A stretch of 64,000 nt of DNA from Paraspadella gotoi (lineage: Eukaryota > Animalia > Chaetognatha): NCBI GenBank assembly GCA_051294375.1, contig CM119271.1:4341910-4405909 (forward strand), read 5' to 3'. Made by a program: the position numbers and the translations under genes. Shown one piece after another: positions 34,112 through 43,190 of the stretch. Every line of letters begins with the position of its first letter. Position 1 is the stretch's first letter. The notes under the pieces are model-generated. The model did not search any database. It was not told the DNA's origin and worked only from the letters and a program-made list of their open reading frames with translations.

Positions 34112-34159
<48 letters not shown>

Positions 34160-34568
34160 TCCTCTTTTTTTCTCCTTTCTTTCCTCATTTTCCCCTTTTA
34201 GGGGTTTTCTCCGTCACCCTAAACGATTTTATCAAGCCTTCATTCTGTTTTTCAATCGCAGAAAAAAGAGGTTCGAAACAAGCCTTTCGGGGAACGCTTC
34301 GCTGTGGGGGAGTATACTCTCCTTCTCTCTCGTCTCTGCTTCCATCTCACCTCCTCTCCCAATCCCCTTCTCTCTCTCGTCGGTCCGGTCCTCGTCTCTC
34401 TTTCCTCGTCTTCATCTCTCTCTCTCATCATTCGACTTCTCTCCTCTCTCCTCATCCACATCGTCCTCTCACTCTCCTCTCAATCCTCATTCTTGCAAGG
34501 GCGTTTAAATGAGCGCGACTATTTTAAGCCTATTTTGGTTGTTGTTCCTGTCTCCTTCGCTGTAGAGG

Positions 34569-34616
<48 letters not shown>

Positions 34617-34655
34617 CCTCGTAACCAAGGCGACCAAAGAAACGGCCTCACGACT

Positions 34656-35790
34656 GACCAAATGTGATCCACGTGAAGCGAGGCGAACAGAGGGCGTCGA
34701 TGGGCTGGGTGGGGCGTGAAGGAGGTTGGGAGGGAGCGGTGAGGAGAGGGTGTTGGAGGAGGAAGAGGAGGGGTAAGATGAGGAGGAGGAAGAGGAGGAG
34801 GAGGAGGAGGAGAAAGAAAAGGGAAAGAAGGAGGTGAAAGGATAGCAAAGGATAGCAAAGGATAGTAAACTGAACAGTTTAAGTAAAACGAATAAATATA
34901 AATAAAGCTCAGAAAAATGAGGGAAAAAAGCATAATGATGTAAAAAAATTAAAATGAATTAAAAACAAACAAAAAATTTCCAAAACGTAAACTAAATATT
35001 GAGGTGAAAAATAGCGGAGCAATTTTTTAAGCAATTACAATTTGATTATTAGACGTAAACATAAAAAATTGAAGAAAAAGGTGAAAATGTTATTAATAAT
35101 AAGCTTTCCTGACAATGAGGGACAGACGGACGGAGGGACCAAACTCTCAGAATGAAGGAAAGGATTTTGAGAGAAAAATAACTGAAGGCATAGAGAGAAT
35201 CTGAATATGGAACCAGAACGACTACAAACGAACTCTTTCTTTCTTTCTTTCTTTCTTTTTTCTCTTTCTTTTTTATTTCTTCCTTTCTTTCTTTCTTTTC
35301 TTTCTCTCTTTCTTTCTTTCTTTCTTTTTTTCTTTCTTTTTCCTCCCTTTTTCCCCTTTATTCGCTTCTTTTATCTCTCTCTCTCTCTCTCTCTCTGCTC
35401 ATCCAGATTCGTCCAGTTGTCCGCGAATCTTTGTTTGTCCCCACCAGTTATTGTGATGGGAAAAGCCTGCGCAGAGGGACCGCGCCTGTTTGGCCAGTCA
35501 ACGAAAGAGGGAAAGACTGAGAGATGATATCTGCGGGGCATTGGGCTGGCGGTTTTATTTCATTTTTTGTTTGTTAAATAAACCATTTTCAATCTTACAT
35601 GTTAAAAATACATAAGATAAGAACTAAAAACCTATACCGCTCCGCCTCTCAGCTCAGCGAGTGGTAAAACTGTGAATGCTTCTTGTGAGTTCTGACGGGG
35701 AGCCGGGCGTTTGAGGAAACTGGCATCGAGCGGGCGGCACCGGGCGGTCGTCTCCCCGCCCGCTCCACTGGGCGCAAATATGCTGCGAAA
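34656..35790 (-). CDS. Further exon-like segments of a minus-strand gene (fragmentary)
   Basis: Pyrimidine/CAG acceptors at ~35784, ~35531 and ~34705 open GC-rich frames such as IISQSFPSFVDWPNRRGPSAQAFPITITGGDKQRFADNWTNL and PIDALCSPRFTWITF|gtcagt; phases are not fully reconcilable. Confidence 0.3.
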
Positions 35791-36149
35791 AATTTTGTTT
35801 ACTCTTAGTTTATTTCTCCGGGGATAAAAATTATTTAAAACTGTTTTTTTAGGGGGGGGGGCACAGAGAGGTGGAAGATGAAAGATGATAAGGGGAAAGA
35901 AGGGTGGATGAGTTGATTGCGATTTGTCCTCGTCTACCCTAACTCTTTTTTTTTTCATGAGTGCACAAATTAAAAACAAATTACTCTTTATATCTCTTTT
36001 AAAAAAAAATTTGAATATTTATGGATAGGGCGCTTAGTAGTTACTTCTTTAAGCCTTCTCGCAGCCATGGAACGGGTCCTGGGCTTGGAGGGTTGGAGGT
36101 TTTCCAGGCCCGTTGAGGCGGTTAAAGGCCTTCCTCACACTTGCCGCAG

Positions 36150-36215
36150 GGTTGGCACCACCGGGATCGATCCCGGTACCCAGTAGTGATGGGTGTTTTC
36201 AATGAGCCACTGGGT
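36150..36215 (-). repeat. Possible tRNA-derived SINE head with 18-bp palindrome
   Basis: Minus strand has A-box-like TGGCTCATTG and B-box-like GGGATCGATCCC followed by GGTGGTGCCA; perfect palindrome ACCGGGATCGATCCCGGT at 36160-36177. Confidence 0.3.
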
Positions 36216-36268
36216 CAAGACTGAAACTGTTATGCTTATAGGCTGGGTGCGCCACTAAGGATTATCGT

Positions 36269-36329
<61 letters not shown>

Positions 36330-36380
36330 AAAGAAGGAGGGAGAGAGAGAGAGAGAGAGAAGAGAGGAAACAGAAAGATA

Positions 36381-36904
36381 TGTAGATGGCGTAAGAAGTT
36401 CTTGTTGCCTTGGCGTCACGCCATCCAACGTCAGGAGATATATTCGCCAAGCTGCTTGTAAAAGAGTCTAAACCAACTTGCTTGGTTATTGTTTAAAATC
36501 AGACCTTAATAAAATAATCAAAGCATATAGATATTCCAGTTACTTTTGCCAGCAAGTATCTGTAATATCTATATGCAAAACAATGTAAAAATAAAGATTA
36601 TTATTAACGAACAGTAACAATGTGATAAATAATAAATTAATCCAATTCGGGATCCACTGAGTGTTATTATTATATAGAATGGTTTCTAAGCCAGATGGAA
36701 TCATGTTTGGAATTGGTAACAATAGAATCAGCTGATTGAATGAGATTTGCGATGTTTCTTTGTTTGTAATAACAAAAGATCAAGTAGTAACAGTTATATA
36801 AATTAAATATATAAGTTTCCAAATGTAGAATAACTAAATACCAAAGTGGCGAAATTGTCTTGAGCCTTAGCTCGTGGATGCGAGGTTAATGGTTCGAAAC
36901 TACA
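36381..36904 (-). repeat. 3' LTR (524 bp)
   Basis: Direct repeat of 41829-42351; preceded on the minus strand by a polypurine tract. Confidence 0.96.
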
Positions 36905-36912
36905 TCCCCCCC
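36905..36912 (-). promoter_or_regulatory. Polypurine tract
   Basis: Minus strand GGGGGGGA directly abuts the TGTA start of the 3' LTR. Confidence 0.88.
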
Positions 36913-37061
36913 AGACGGAAACTATGAAGTTTACGGAAACGATTGGGCTCAAATAAAGTAAGTTTCGAAATTATTTAGAGAGGGACGAACAAATGAAGCT
37001 ATTTACAAGGTTAGTAAATAAATGAATATCTATACGGTAAAAATAGTGAAAAACATTGAAC

Positions 37062-40000
37062 TCATGATAAATTGAGAAGATGGCGCAACACGGAATTATA
37101 GTTTGGTCGCGTTAAGTGGTTTACAGTTTTGGGCGTTGGGCGCGAAAGATGTTCCGTAGGTGGGCGTTGTTGGCGCCGCGAGCGCACTGGTGGCGTCGAC
37201 TGAGGGACTGGCGATGGGGGGGGCGCGCCGAAAGGGAGTATTGGCACTGGCGGATTCATTTCGATTTTATTGGTGCCCTCGCTCGAACCGGAAGTGGGCG
37301 TGGCGTTGTCAGGAGGCGCAGTTGCTTCCGCTTTGTCGTTTTGGGAAATTGCCTGAGGCATTTCGACGTCGTTCTTCTCGTCGTCGTCGCTTTTGTCTTG
37401 AGATGGAGGTGGCGGTTGCTGAAGGCGAGTTTTTGAACGAGTTTGTCGATCAGTTGGCGCCGGGATTCGTTGATGGCGAGTTTTAGAACGAGTTTGTCGA
37501 TCAGTGGGCGCCGGGGTTCTCGTTCTGAGGCCCGGACGCCGGCCACGAGGTGGTGGGGAAGGGGGAGGAGGCGGTTGTGAGAGGCGTTCCTCGCGCTCAT
37601 CGCCGTCGTCTCTCCAAACTGCCGCTGGCTTAATCCGCGCGATTGCGATGCTCTCAACGCCGCGACCAGGGATTTCAACTCGAAAGTTGAGATTGTCTCT
37701 TGACACAACGCGGTACGGACCTTGATAAGGCGCCGTAAGAGGGGGTTTGACGCTCAGGCGCTGGATAAAGACGTGGGTCGCTTCGACGAGTGAATCGGGG
37801 AGATAGACCCGCGGCGTACGATGCGTGGAGGTCTCGGTTGGCTGGAGGCGTTCCACTTCGACGCGGAGGTTATTGCGGAGTTGGCGCCGCTGCTCAGGGA
37901 GCTCGGCGTCGGTTGGGGGCGGTGGAAGGAGATCGCCTGGGACTGAGAGACCTTCGCCGAAGACTAAATCTGCTGGAGAGGCGTCGATGTCGGGTTTGAT
38001 GGTCGTTCGGATAGCGAGCAACACCGCAGGAAGTCTCCAGAACCACTCGTGTGGATGCTCGCTGCCGAGGGCGATTAGCGACTCTTTCAAACGCCGATGA
38101 AAACGCTCAACAAGGCCATTTGCCTGCGGATGGTAAGCTGCAGTTCGATGGTGGGAGATTCCCCATTGTTGGGCGAGTTGGGTCCAAATTGTCGAAGCAA
38201 ACTGAGCGCCTCGATCGGTCGTGACGTCAGACGGTACGCCAAAGGTAGCGACCCAACCATGGGCGAAGGTGTCAATGATTGTGGGGGTCGTCATGTCCTT
38301 CATAGGTAAAGCAACTGGCCATCTCGTGAAGCGGTCTACAATGGTCAGTAAGTAGCTGTACCCGTTGGAGGAAGGCATGATAGTAATGTCGAGATTGATG
38401 TGTTGGAACCTTCGGGCAGGGACTTTGAATTCGCCTATGTTGGGGACGATGTGCCGAGTCACCTTAGCCTGTTGACAGGCGACACATTCTCTGGCCCAGC
38501 GGGTGGTATCCGCTCTGATGGAGGGCCAGACAAATTTTGAAGCTATTGTCTCCCTTGTGCGGGCGACGCCGGGGTGGCCAAGGCCATGAATGGCATCGAA
38601 GATTCGCCTCCTCCATGGCTCTGGAACAAAAGGTCGAGCTGGCCCGTTGGAAACATCAACGAGGAGCTTCTGAGCACCGACGGTGACTTGGCGGAAGCGG
38701 AGACCGGTTCGAGCATCGCGAGATAGGCTCTGGTAGTCGCGGTCCAGAGTTTGGTGGCGTGCCATCTCCTCCAAATCGATTCCTTCGAAACCAATGGCGC
38801 CGATCATTCCTTGAAGATCTTGGATCTTGTCGTCGGGGATTGGTTTGTCAATGGAGGCAATCACTGGTGGAGGGTTTGGTCTCGAGAGCGCATCAGCAAC
38901 TACATTTGCTTTTCCACGAACGTGACGAATGTCCGTCGTGAATTCTGAAATGACGGAAAGCTGAAAGCTATGTCGAGTCGTCTGCGCCTCCGAGCGCTTA
39001 TGGAGGGCCGAGATAAGGGACTGATGGTCCGTATAAAGCGTAAAGGCGCGGCCCTCGATCCAGTGTCGAAAATGGCGGACGGCTCTGAAGGCACCATACA
39101 GCTCACGATCGAACGGTGGCCAGAGCCGTTGAGTGTCGTCCAATTTGGCTGAGAAGAAGGCCAGAGGTTCCCAGCCGTCACTGCTCCGCTGCTCCAAAAC
39201 TGCTCCAACAGCATTATCGGATGCGTCGGTTGTGATGCAGAGTTGTGCGTTCGTACGCGGATGGCGGAGGAGGGCGGCATTGGCAAGGGCCTCCTTAACG
39301 GCGTCGAAGGCAATGGCGCATTTTTCCGTCCACACCAACTGCTTTGGTTTCCCAGCCAGTGAGTCATAGAGAGCTGCTGCATGATGCGCGGCTTTGGGGA
39401 TGAATCTTCGGTAATAGTTTACCATCCCCAAAAAACGTTGCAGTTCCTTGACTGTGGTGGGAGGGTTGGTGGCTCTAATTGCCTCCACCTTCTGCGGAAG
39501 GGGCTTGACTCCGGAAGCGTCAACGAGATAGCCTAAGAACTCCAACGATTCTTTGCCGAGAACACACTTTTTGCGGTTAACAACCAATCCGTTTTCGGCG
39601 AGGGCTTTGAACACTTCCTCCAGGTCGTGGAGGTGTTGCTCCTCGTTTTCGCTGGCCACCAAGATGTCGTCGAGATAGACGTAGGTATGTGGAATGTCAC
39701 CCAGGATTTCATCCATCATTCTCTGAAAATCCTGGCCGGCATTCTTCAACCCGAATGGCGTCCTCAGGAAGACGTAAAGGCCGAACGGCGTTATCACGGC
39801 CGTTTTGACGACGTCTTCATCAGCGACAGGGATTTGGTGGTATCCCTTAAGGAGATCCACCTTCGAAAAGATTCGCTTCCCGGCTAGCTCTGCATTAAAG
39901 TCGGCAAGGAGCTTCACCGGGTACTTGTCATCCTTGGTTTTCGTGTTGAGGCGGCGGAAGTCGCCGCAGACGCGCCATCCGCCGTCTGACTTCGGAACGC

Positions 40001-40664
40001 AAAGTATTGGTGACGACCATGAACTCTTAGCGCGTTTTGCGATGCCCAAGGAGACCATCTTTTCAAGTTCGGCCTTGGCAACAGCCAGTTTCTCTGGAGG
40101 AAGACGTCGCGCTCGCGACTGGCATGGTCGTCCGAAAGTTGGAATGTGATGGCGGACGCCATGCTTGGGCTCCTTGATTTCAAAGCTGGGTGTCGACAAG
40201 GTCGGATATTGGTCGAGAAGTTTGTAGTAAACATCTTCGCTTTGGCTGACAAAGTTGATGTGAGACGGTGGAGTGCCACGGGTCACTGCGCAAGGGATGG
40301 TGGAATAGTCCCTTAAGTCTAGTAGAAGGCCGTCACGGTGATTCGGCGCCAAGAAATATTCTGCTAGAAAGTCTGCGCCCAGAATGCTTTGAGTAACGTC
40401 GGCGATGAGGACGTCGAAGGGAAAGATTCTGGGGCCCAGCGTAATTCTTTTGTGCGCGATGCCGTAACAGGCGATGGGGCTCCCATTGGCTGCCTGGAGT
40501 TGAGCGCCAGTTGGACCTGCGGCTCGTTGTTCAGGTGTTGGAGGGACCAGGGAAAGCAGGGCGCCGCCGTCGACTAGCCAGTGACGCCCGTCGCTGGCGT
40601 CGATGACATGAAGCAGGTATGAGGTGGTGGGTGATGTTGAAGTTGTGCGGGGGACAGCGTTCAC
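37062..40664 (-). CDS. pol: Pol polyprotein (protease, RT, RNase H, integrase), probably expressed as Gag-Pol by -1 frameshift
   Basis: 1200-aa ORF: LVDGGA protease; DLLKGYHQ, PFGLKNA and YLDDILV RT; TDASD, RELYG, YTDH and ADALSR RNase H; HGLGH...CVAC zinc finger; NLD, TDRG and VERF DDE triad; YQGPY GPY/F motif. Confidence 0.97.
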   Translation of the reverse strand: MNAVPRTTSTSPTTSYLLHVIDASDGRHWLVDGGALLSLVPPTPEQRAAGPTGAQLQAANGSPIACYGIAHKRITLGPRIFPFDVLIADVTQSILGADFLAEYFLAPNHRDGLLLDLRDYSTIPCAVTRGTPPSHINFVSQSEDVYYKLLDQYPTLSTPSFEIKEPKHGVRHHIPTFGRPCQSRARRLPPEKLAVAKAELEKMVSLGIAKRAKSSWSSPILCVPKSDGGWRVCGDFRRLNTKTKDDKYPVKLLADFNAELAGKRIFSKVDLLKGYHQIPVADEDVVKTAVITPFGLYVFLRTPFGLKNAGQDFQRMMDEILGDIPHTYVYLDDILVASENEEQHLHDLEEVFKALAENGLVVNRKKCVLGKESLEFLGYLVDASGVKPLPQKVEAIRATNPPTTVKELQRFLGMVNYYRRFIPKAAHHAAALYDSLAGKPKQLVWTEKCAIAFDAVKEALANAALLRHPRTNAQLCITTDASDNAVGAVLEQRSSDGWEPLAFFSAKLDDTQRLWPPFDRELYGAFRAVRHFRHWIEGRAFTLYTDHQSLISALHKRSEAQTTRHSFQLSVISEFTTDIRHVRGKANVVADALSRPNPPPVIASIDKPIPDDKIQDLQGMIGAIGFEGIDLEEMARHQTLDRDYQSLSRDARTGLRFRQVTVGAQKLLVDVSNGPARPFVPEPWRRRIFDAIHGLGHPGVARTRETIASKFVWPSIRADTTRWARECVACQQAKVTRHIVPNIGEFKVPARRFQHINLDITIMPSSNGYSYLLTIVDRFTRWPVALPMKDMTTPTIIDTFAHGWVATFGVPSDVTTDRGAQFASTIWTQLAQQWGISHHRTAAYHPQANGLVERFHRRLKESLIALGSEHPHEWFWRLPAVLLAIRTTIKPDIDASPADLVFGEGLSVPGDLLPPPPTDAELPEQRRQLRNNLRVEVERLQPTETSTHRTPRVYLPDSLVEATHVFIQRLSVKPPLTAPYQGPYRVVSRDNLNFRVEIPGRGVESIAIARIKPAAVWRDDGDEREERLSQPPPPPSPPPRGRRPGLRTRTPAPTDRQTRSKTRHQRIPAPTDRQTRSKTRLQQPPPPSQDKSDDDEKNDVEMPQAISQNDKAEATAPPDNATPTSGSSEGTNKIEMNPPVPILPFGAPPPSPVPQSTPPVRSRRQQRPPTEHLSRPTPKTVNHLTRPNYNSVLRHLLNLS

Positions 40665-40691
40665 CGTCGCTGCCCCGCCGGCCCGTTTCCC
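40630..40691 (-). promoter_or_regulatory. Programmed -1 ribosomal frameshift signal (G_GGA_AAC plus stem/pseudoknot)
   Basis: Heptamer GGGAAAC (40685-40691) is in the X_XXY_YYZ phase of gag; the -1 frame runs straight into pol (GKRAGGAATVNAVP); 9-bp stem GGGGCAGCG/CGCUGUCCC begins 8 nt downstream. Confidence 0.85.
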
Positions 40692-41764
40692 GGCTTTGGG
40701 TCACGCTTCTCTCCATTGCGGGCGCATCCACGCTCACATCTGAAAGCTTTGTCCCCGTATTTGAGATGGAAACGGCAGATTGACTTTAGACGGGCATTTG
40801 ACGATCGTGCGCTGATTGACGATCCACTTGGACCGTCAGATGATCTACTTGGGCCGCTTGACTTCCAGTTGCTTCCCGGAGGGCGGCTGCGGTCGCGCTT
40901 GGGGCCCTGGACGGCGTTGATTTCAAACTCGACGTCGCTGTCAACTTGTTGGGCTTCAATATCCTCTTTAAGAGTTGCGGCGTTTATCGTTGAAGCGGGA
41001 GCTGCTAGGATCTGGCGCCCTTCAGAGTCGAAAAAGTTATCGGCCGCGTCAGCGAGCTGAGAGGCCGACCACGAGTCGATTTTGTCCTCCAGTACACGTC
41101 GTACTTCGATGGGGAGGCCTCTCACAATTGTCTCCTTCCGGATATCATCGAGCTTGACCGATTTGGTTTTTTCCTCTAATCTGGCGAGGTGTTGGGATGG
41201 TTTGAGGCCGTCTCGGTCGAAACCATCAAGCAGTAGGGCGGCTTGCTGACGGGAGGTTGTTCCGTACTCCTTCCGCAGGTATTGGACGAAGTTCTGCCAG
41301 CGCTCCTCAGTCTGTTCGCCGTACAGAAAGGCGTTAACACGTGGGTTAACATTCACGTCGATTTTCGACTCTAGATGCGCAAATTTTTCTTTTGCGTCGC
41401 GGATATTAGCTCTCACATACGCGGCCTCGACTCGCCGGATCCATATCTCGATGTTCTTAGGGTCGAAGGCGGGAAGTTCCGGCTTCTTCTTGCGCTCTAG
41501 GGCTGCAAGGGCGGCGTTGAGGGCGGCGCGCAGCACCTCTGTCTCGTCGCCGGTTGATGCGGTCGCCATCTGGTCGGCGGCGTCGGTAAAGTTTTCGTTA
41601 TCGGACGACGTCGGCGGAAAATCGAAGGTTGGCGCCGTTGCGGCGACGGGAGGGTTGGGAGATGATTCGCGGGAGTTTCGGCCACGTCCAAAACCCGCGG
41701 GGACGCCGAGGTTGTTTTGTAGACGGAGGCGAGACGATTGACGAATCTCCTTGTGCTCGCTCAT
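40661..41764 (-). CDS. gag: Gag protein (367 aa) with CHCC zinc knuckle
   Basis: Intact ORF downstream of the PBS; LPAFDPKNIEIW capsid-like N-terminal motif; CRFHLKYGDKAFRCERGC fits CX2HX9CX3C, typical of the CsRn1 clade. Confidence 0.93.
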   Translation of the reverse strand: MSEHKEIRQSSRLRLQNNLGVPAGFGRGRNSRESSPNPPVAATAPTFDFPPTSSDNENFTDAADQMATASTGDETEVLRAALNAALAALERKKKPELPAFDPKNIEIWIRRVEAAYVRANIRDAKEKFAHLESKIDVNVNPRVNAFLYGEQTEERWQNFVQYLRKEYGTTSRQQAALLLDGFDRDGLKPSQHLARLEEKTKSVKLDDIRKETIVRGLPIEVRRVLEDKIDSWSASQLADAADNFFDSEGRQILAAPASTINAATLKEDIEAQQVDSDVEFEINAVQGPKRDRSRPPGSNWKSSGPSRSSDGPSGSSISARSSNARLKSICRFHLKYGDKAFRCERGCARNGEKRDPKPGNGPAGQRR

Positions 41765-41811
41765 GGATCTGGTTCAATTTAGGGGCCGTTGCGTTAGGTT
41801 GGAAAGGTCCA

Positions 41812-41827
41812 GCGTCGGGATACACCA
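41812..41827 (-). promoter_or_regulatory. Primer-binding site, tRNA-Trp-like
   Basis: Minus strand reads TGGTGTATCCCGACGC, 1 nt inside the 5' LTR. It resembles the CsRn1-clade tRNA-Trp PBS TGGTGACCCCGACG with one bulge and one G-U pair. Confidence 0.75.
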
Positions 41828-41828
41828 A

Positions 41829-42351
41829 TGTAGATGGCGTAAGAAGTTCTTGTTGCCTTGGCGTCACGCCATCCAACGTCAGGAGATATATTCGCCAAGC
41901 TGCTTGTAAAAGAGTCTAAACCAACTTGCTTGGTTATTGTTTAAAATCAGACCTTAATAAAATAATCAAAGCATATAGATATTCCAGTTACTTTTGCCAG
42001 CAAGTATCTGTAATATCTATATTGCAAAACAATGTAAAAATAAAGATTATTATTAACGAACAGTAACAATGTGATAAATAATAAATTAATCCAATTCGGG
42101 ATCCACTGAGTGTTATTATTATATAGAATGGTTTCTAAGCCAGATGGAATCATGTTTGGAATTGGTAACAATAGAATCAGCTGATTGAATGAGATTTGCG
42201 ATGTTTCTTTGTTTGTAATAACAAAAGATCAAGTAGTAACAGTTATATAAATTAATATATAAGTTTCCAAATGTAGAATAACTAAATACCAAAGTGGCGA
42301 AATTGTCTGAGCCTTAGCTCGTGGATGCGAGGTTAATGGTTCGAAACTACA
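41829..42351 (-). repeat. 5' LTR (523 bp)
   Basis: Starts TGTAG and ends CTACA; by eye it differs from 36381-36904 only by three 1-nt indels; followed on the minus strand by the PBS; candidate TATATAA at 42119-42125 (minus). Confidence 0.96.
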
Positions 42352-43077
42352 GATATACGGACAGAGAGAGAGAGTTATTCCAACCGAAACCTGTCCAAAA
42401 AAAAGGGGAAAAAAATTGAAAATCCATCTTCCACTCGACGAATTTCGAAGGCGAGAAGTTGGACGTCGGAAAGAACGTGACAATCGATCCCCCTCTGCCA
42501 CCTCTTCCACCCCTTCAACAGCCCCACTTATGTATTAGAATAGAGAGAGAGAGATAGAGAGGAGAGAGAGGAAGAGAGAGAGAGAAGAGAGAGAGAGGAG
42601 AGGAACACAAAGAGACTTACGCTGATATAAAAAGCGAAGAAACACGTGTTTGAATTATTCAATCGTCGTGACCGAAGAGGTTTTTTTTTTCGGGGGGGGG
42701 AAGAATTGGAGGAAGAACTGGGGTAGAGGTTGGGGCGGAGGGGAAAGAGAGGTGGTCGAAAGAGTGGGTGGTTCGTTGTGCCTGCTAAAAAAGTGAAGAC
42801 GAGGGGGGGGGGCAGGCGGATTCGGACGTTGAAGCGAATGAGAAAAAATTTATAATCGATTTTTTTGAGATCAAAATTTGAAGAATTGACGACGACGAAT
42901 TGACGACGTAAATGATGTCGACGACGATGTCGCGACGGACGACGATGTCGACGAGGCCCCGATGACTCGAAAGGAGGAAGTGTAGCGTCGAGACGACGAC
43001 GAGCGTGACGGCGCTGGGATGTCAAGTTACTCGAAGTCACTCTTGGTGCGAAACGAAGATCAGAAAGAAAAACGAAT

Positions 43078-43190
43078 TTTTTGAGCAAAACAATGTCGGA
43101 TCTGCCTACGATAAATTAAGTTAATTGAATCTGAATAAATTATCTAATTAAATTAATTTAATAGATTAATTAATTAATAGATTATTATAA
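43078..43190 (-). mobile_element. HINE family B end fragment
   Basis: TTGAGCAAAACAATGTCGGATCTGCCTACGAT matches 16950-16980. Confidence 0.65.

Larger units (their letters stand above)
30179..34140 (-). repeat. Right arm of the ~4.2-kb inverted duplication
   Basis: See left arm; begins exactly at the N-gap 30135-30178. Confidence 0.92.
36381..42351 (-). mobile_element. Full-length Ty3/Gypsy LTR retrotransposon, CsRn1/Kabuki/Boudicca-like clade
   Basis: Two ~523-bp direct repeats with TGTAG...CTACA termini; 4-bp TSD GATA at 36377-36380 and 42352-42355; PBS and PPT in the expected places; intact gag with C-X2-H-X9-C-X3-C; pol in PR-RT-RH-IN order. Confidence 0.97.

Noticed and set aside
36540-36722. 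Duplicated ORF MLPIPNMIPSG... (also 41947-42171)
   Set aside because: It lies inside the LTRs, starts at TTG, and its frame differs between copies because of a 1-nt indel.
37116-41919. Plus-strand and alternative-frame ORFs overlapping gag/pol
   Set aside because: Shadow ORFs of GC-rich coding sequence with no motifs; no env-like ORF is present (only ~150 nt between the pol stop and the PPT).
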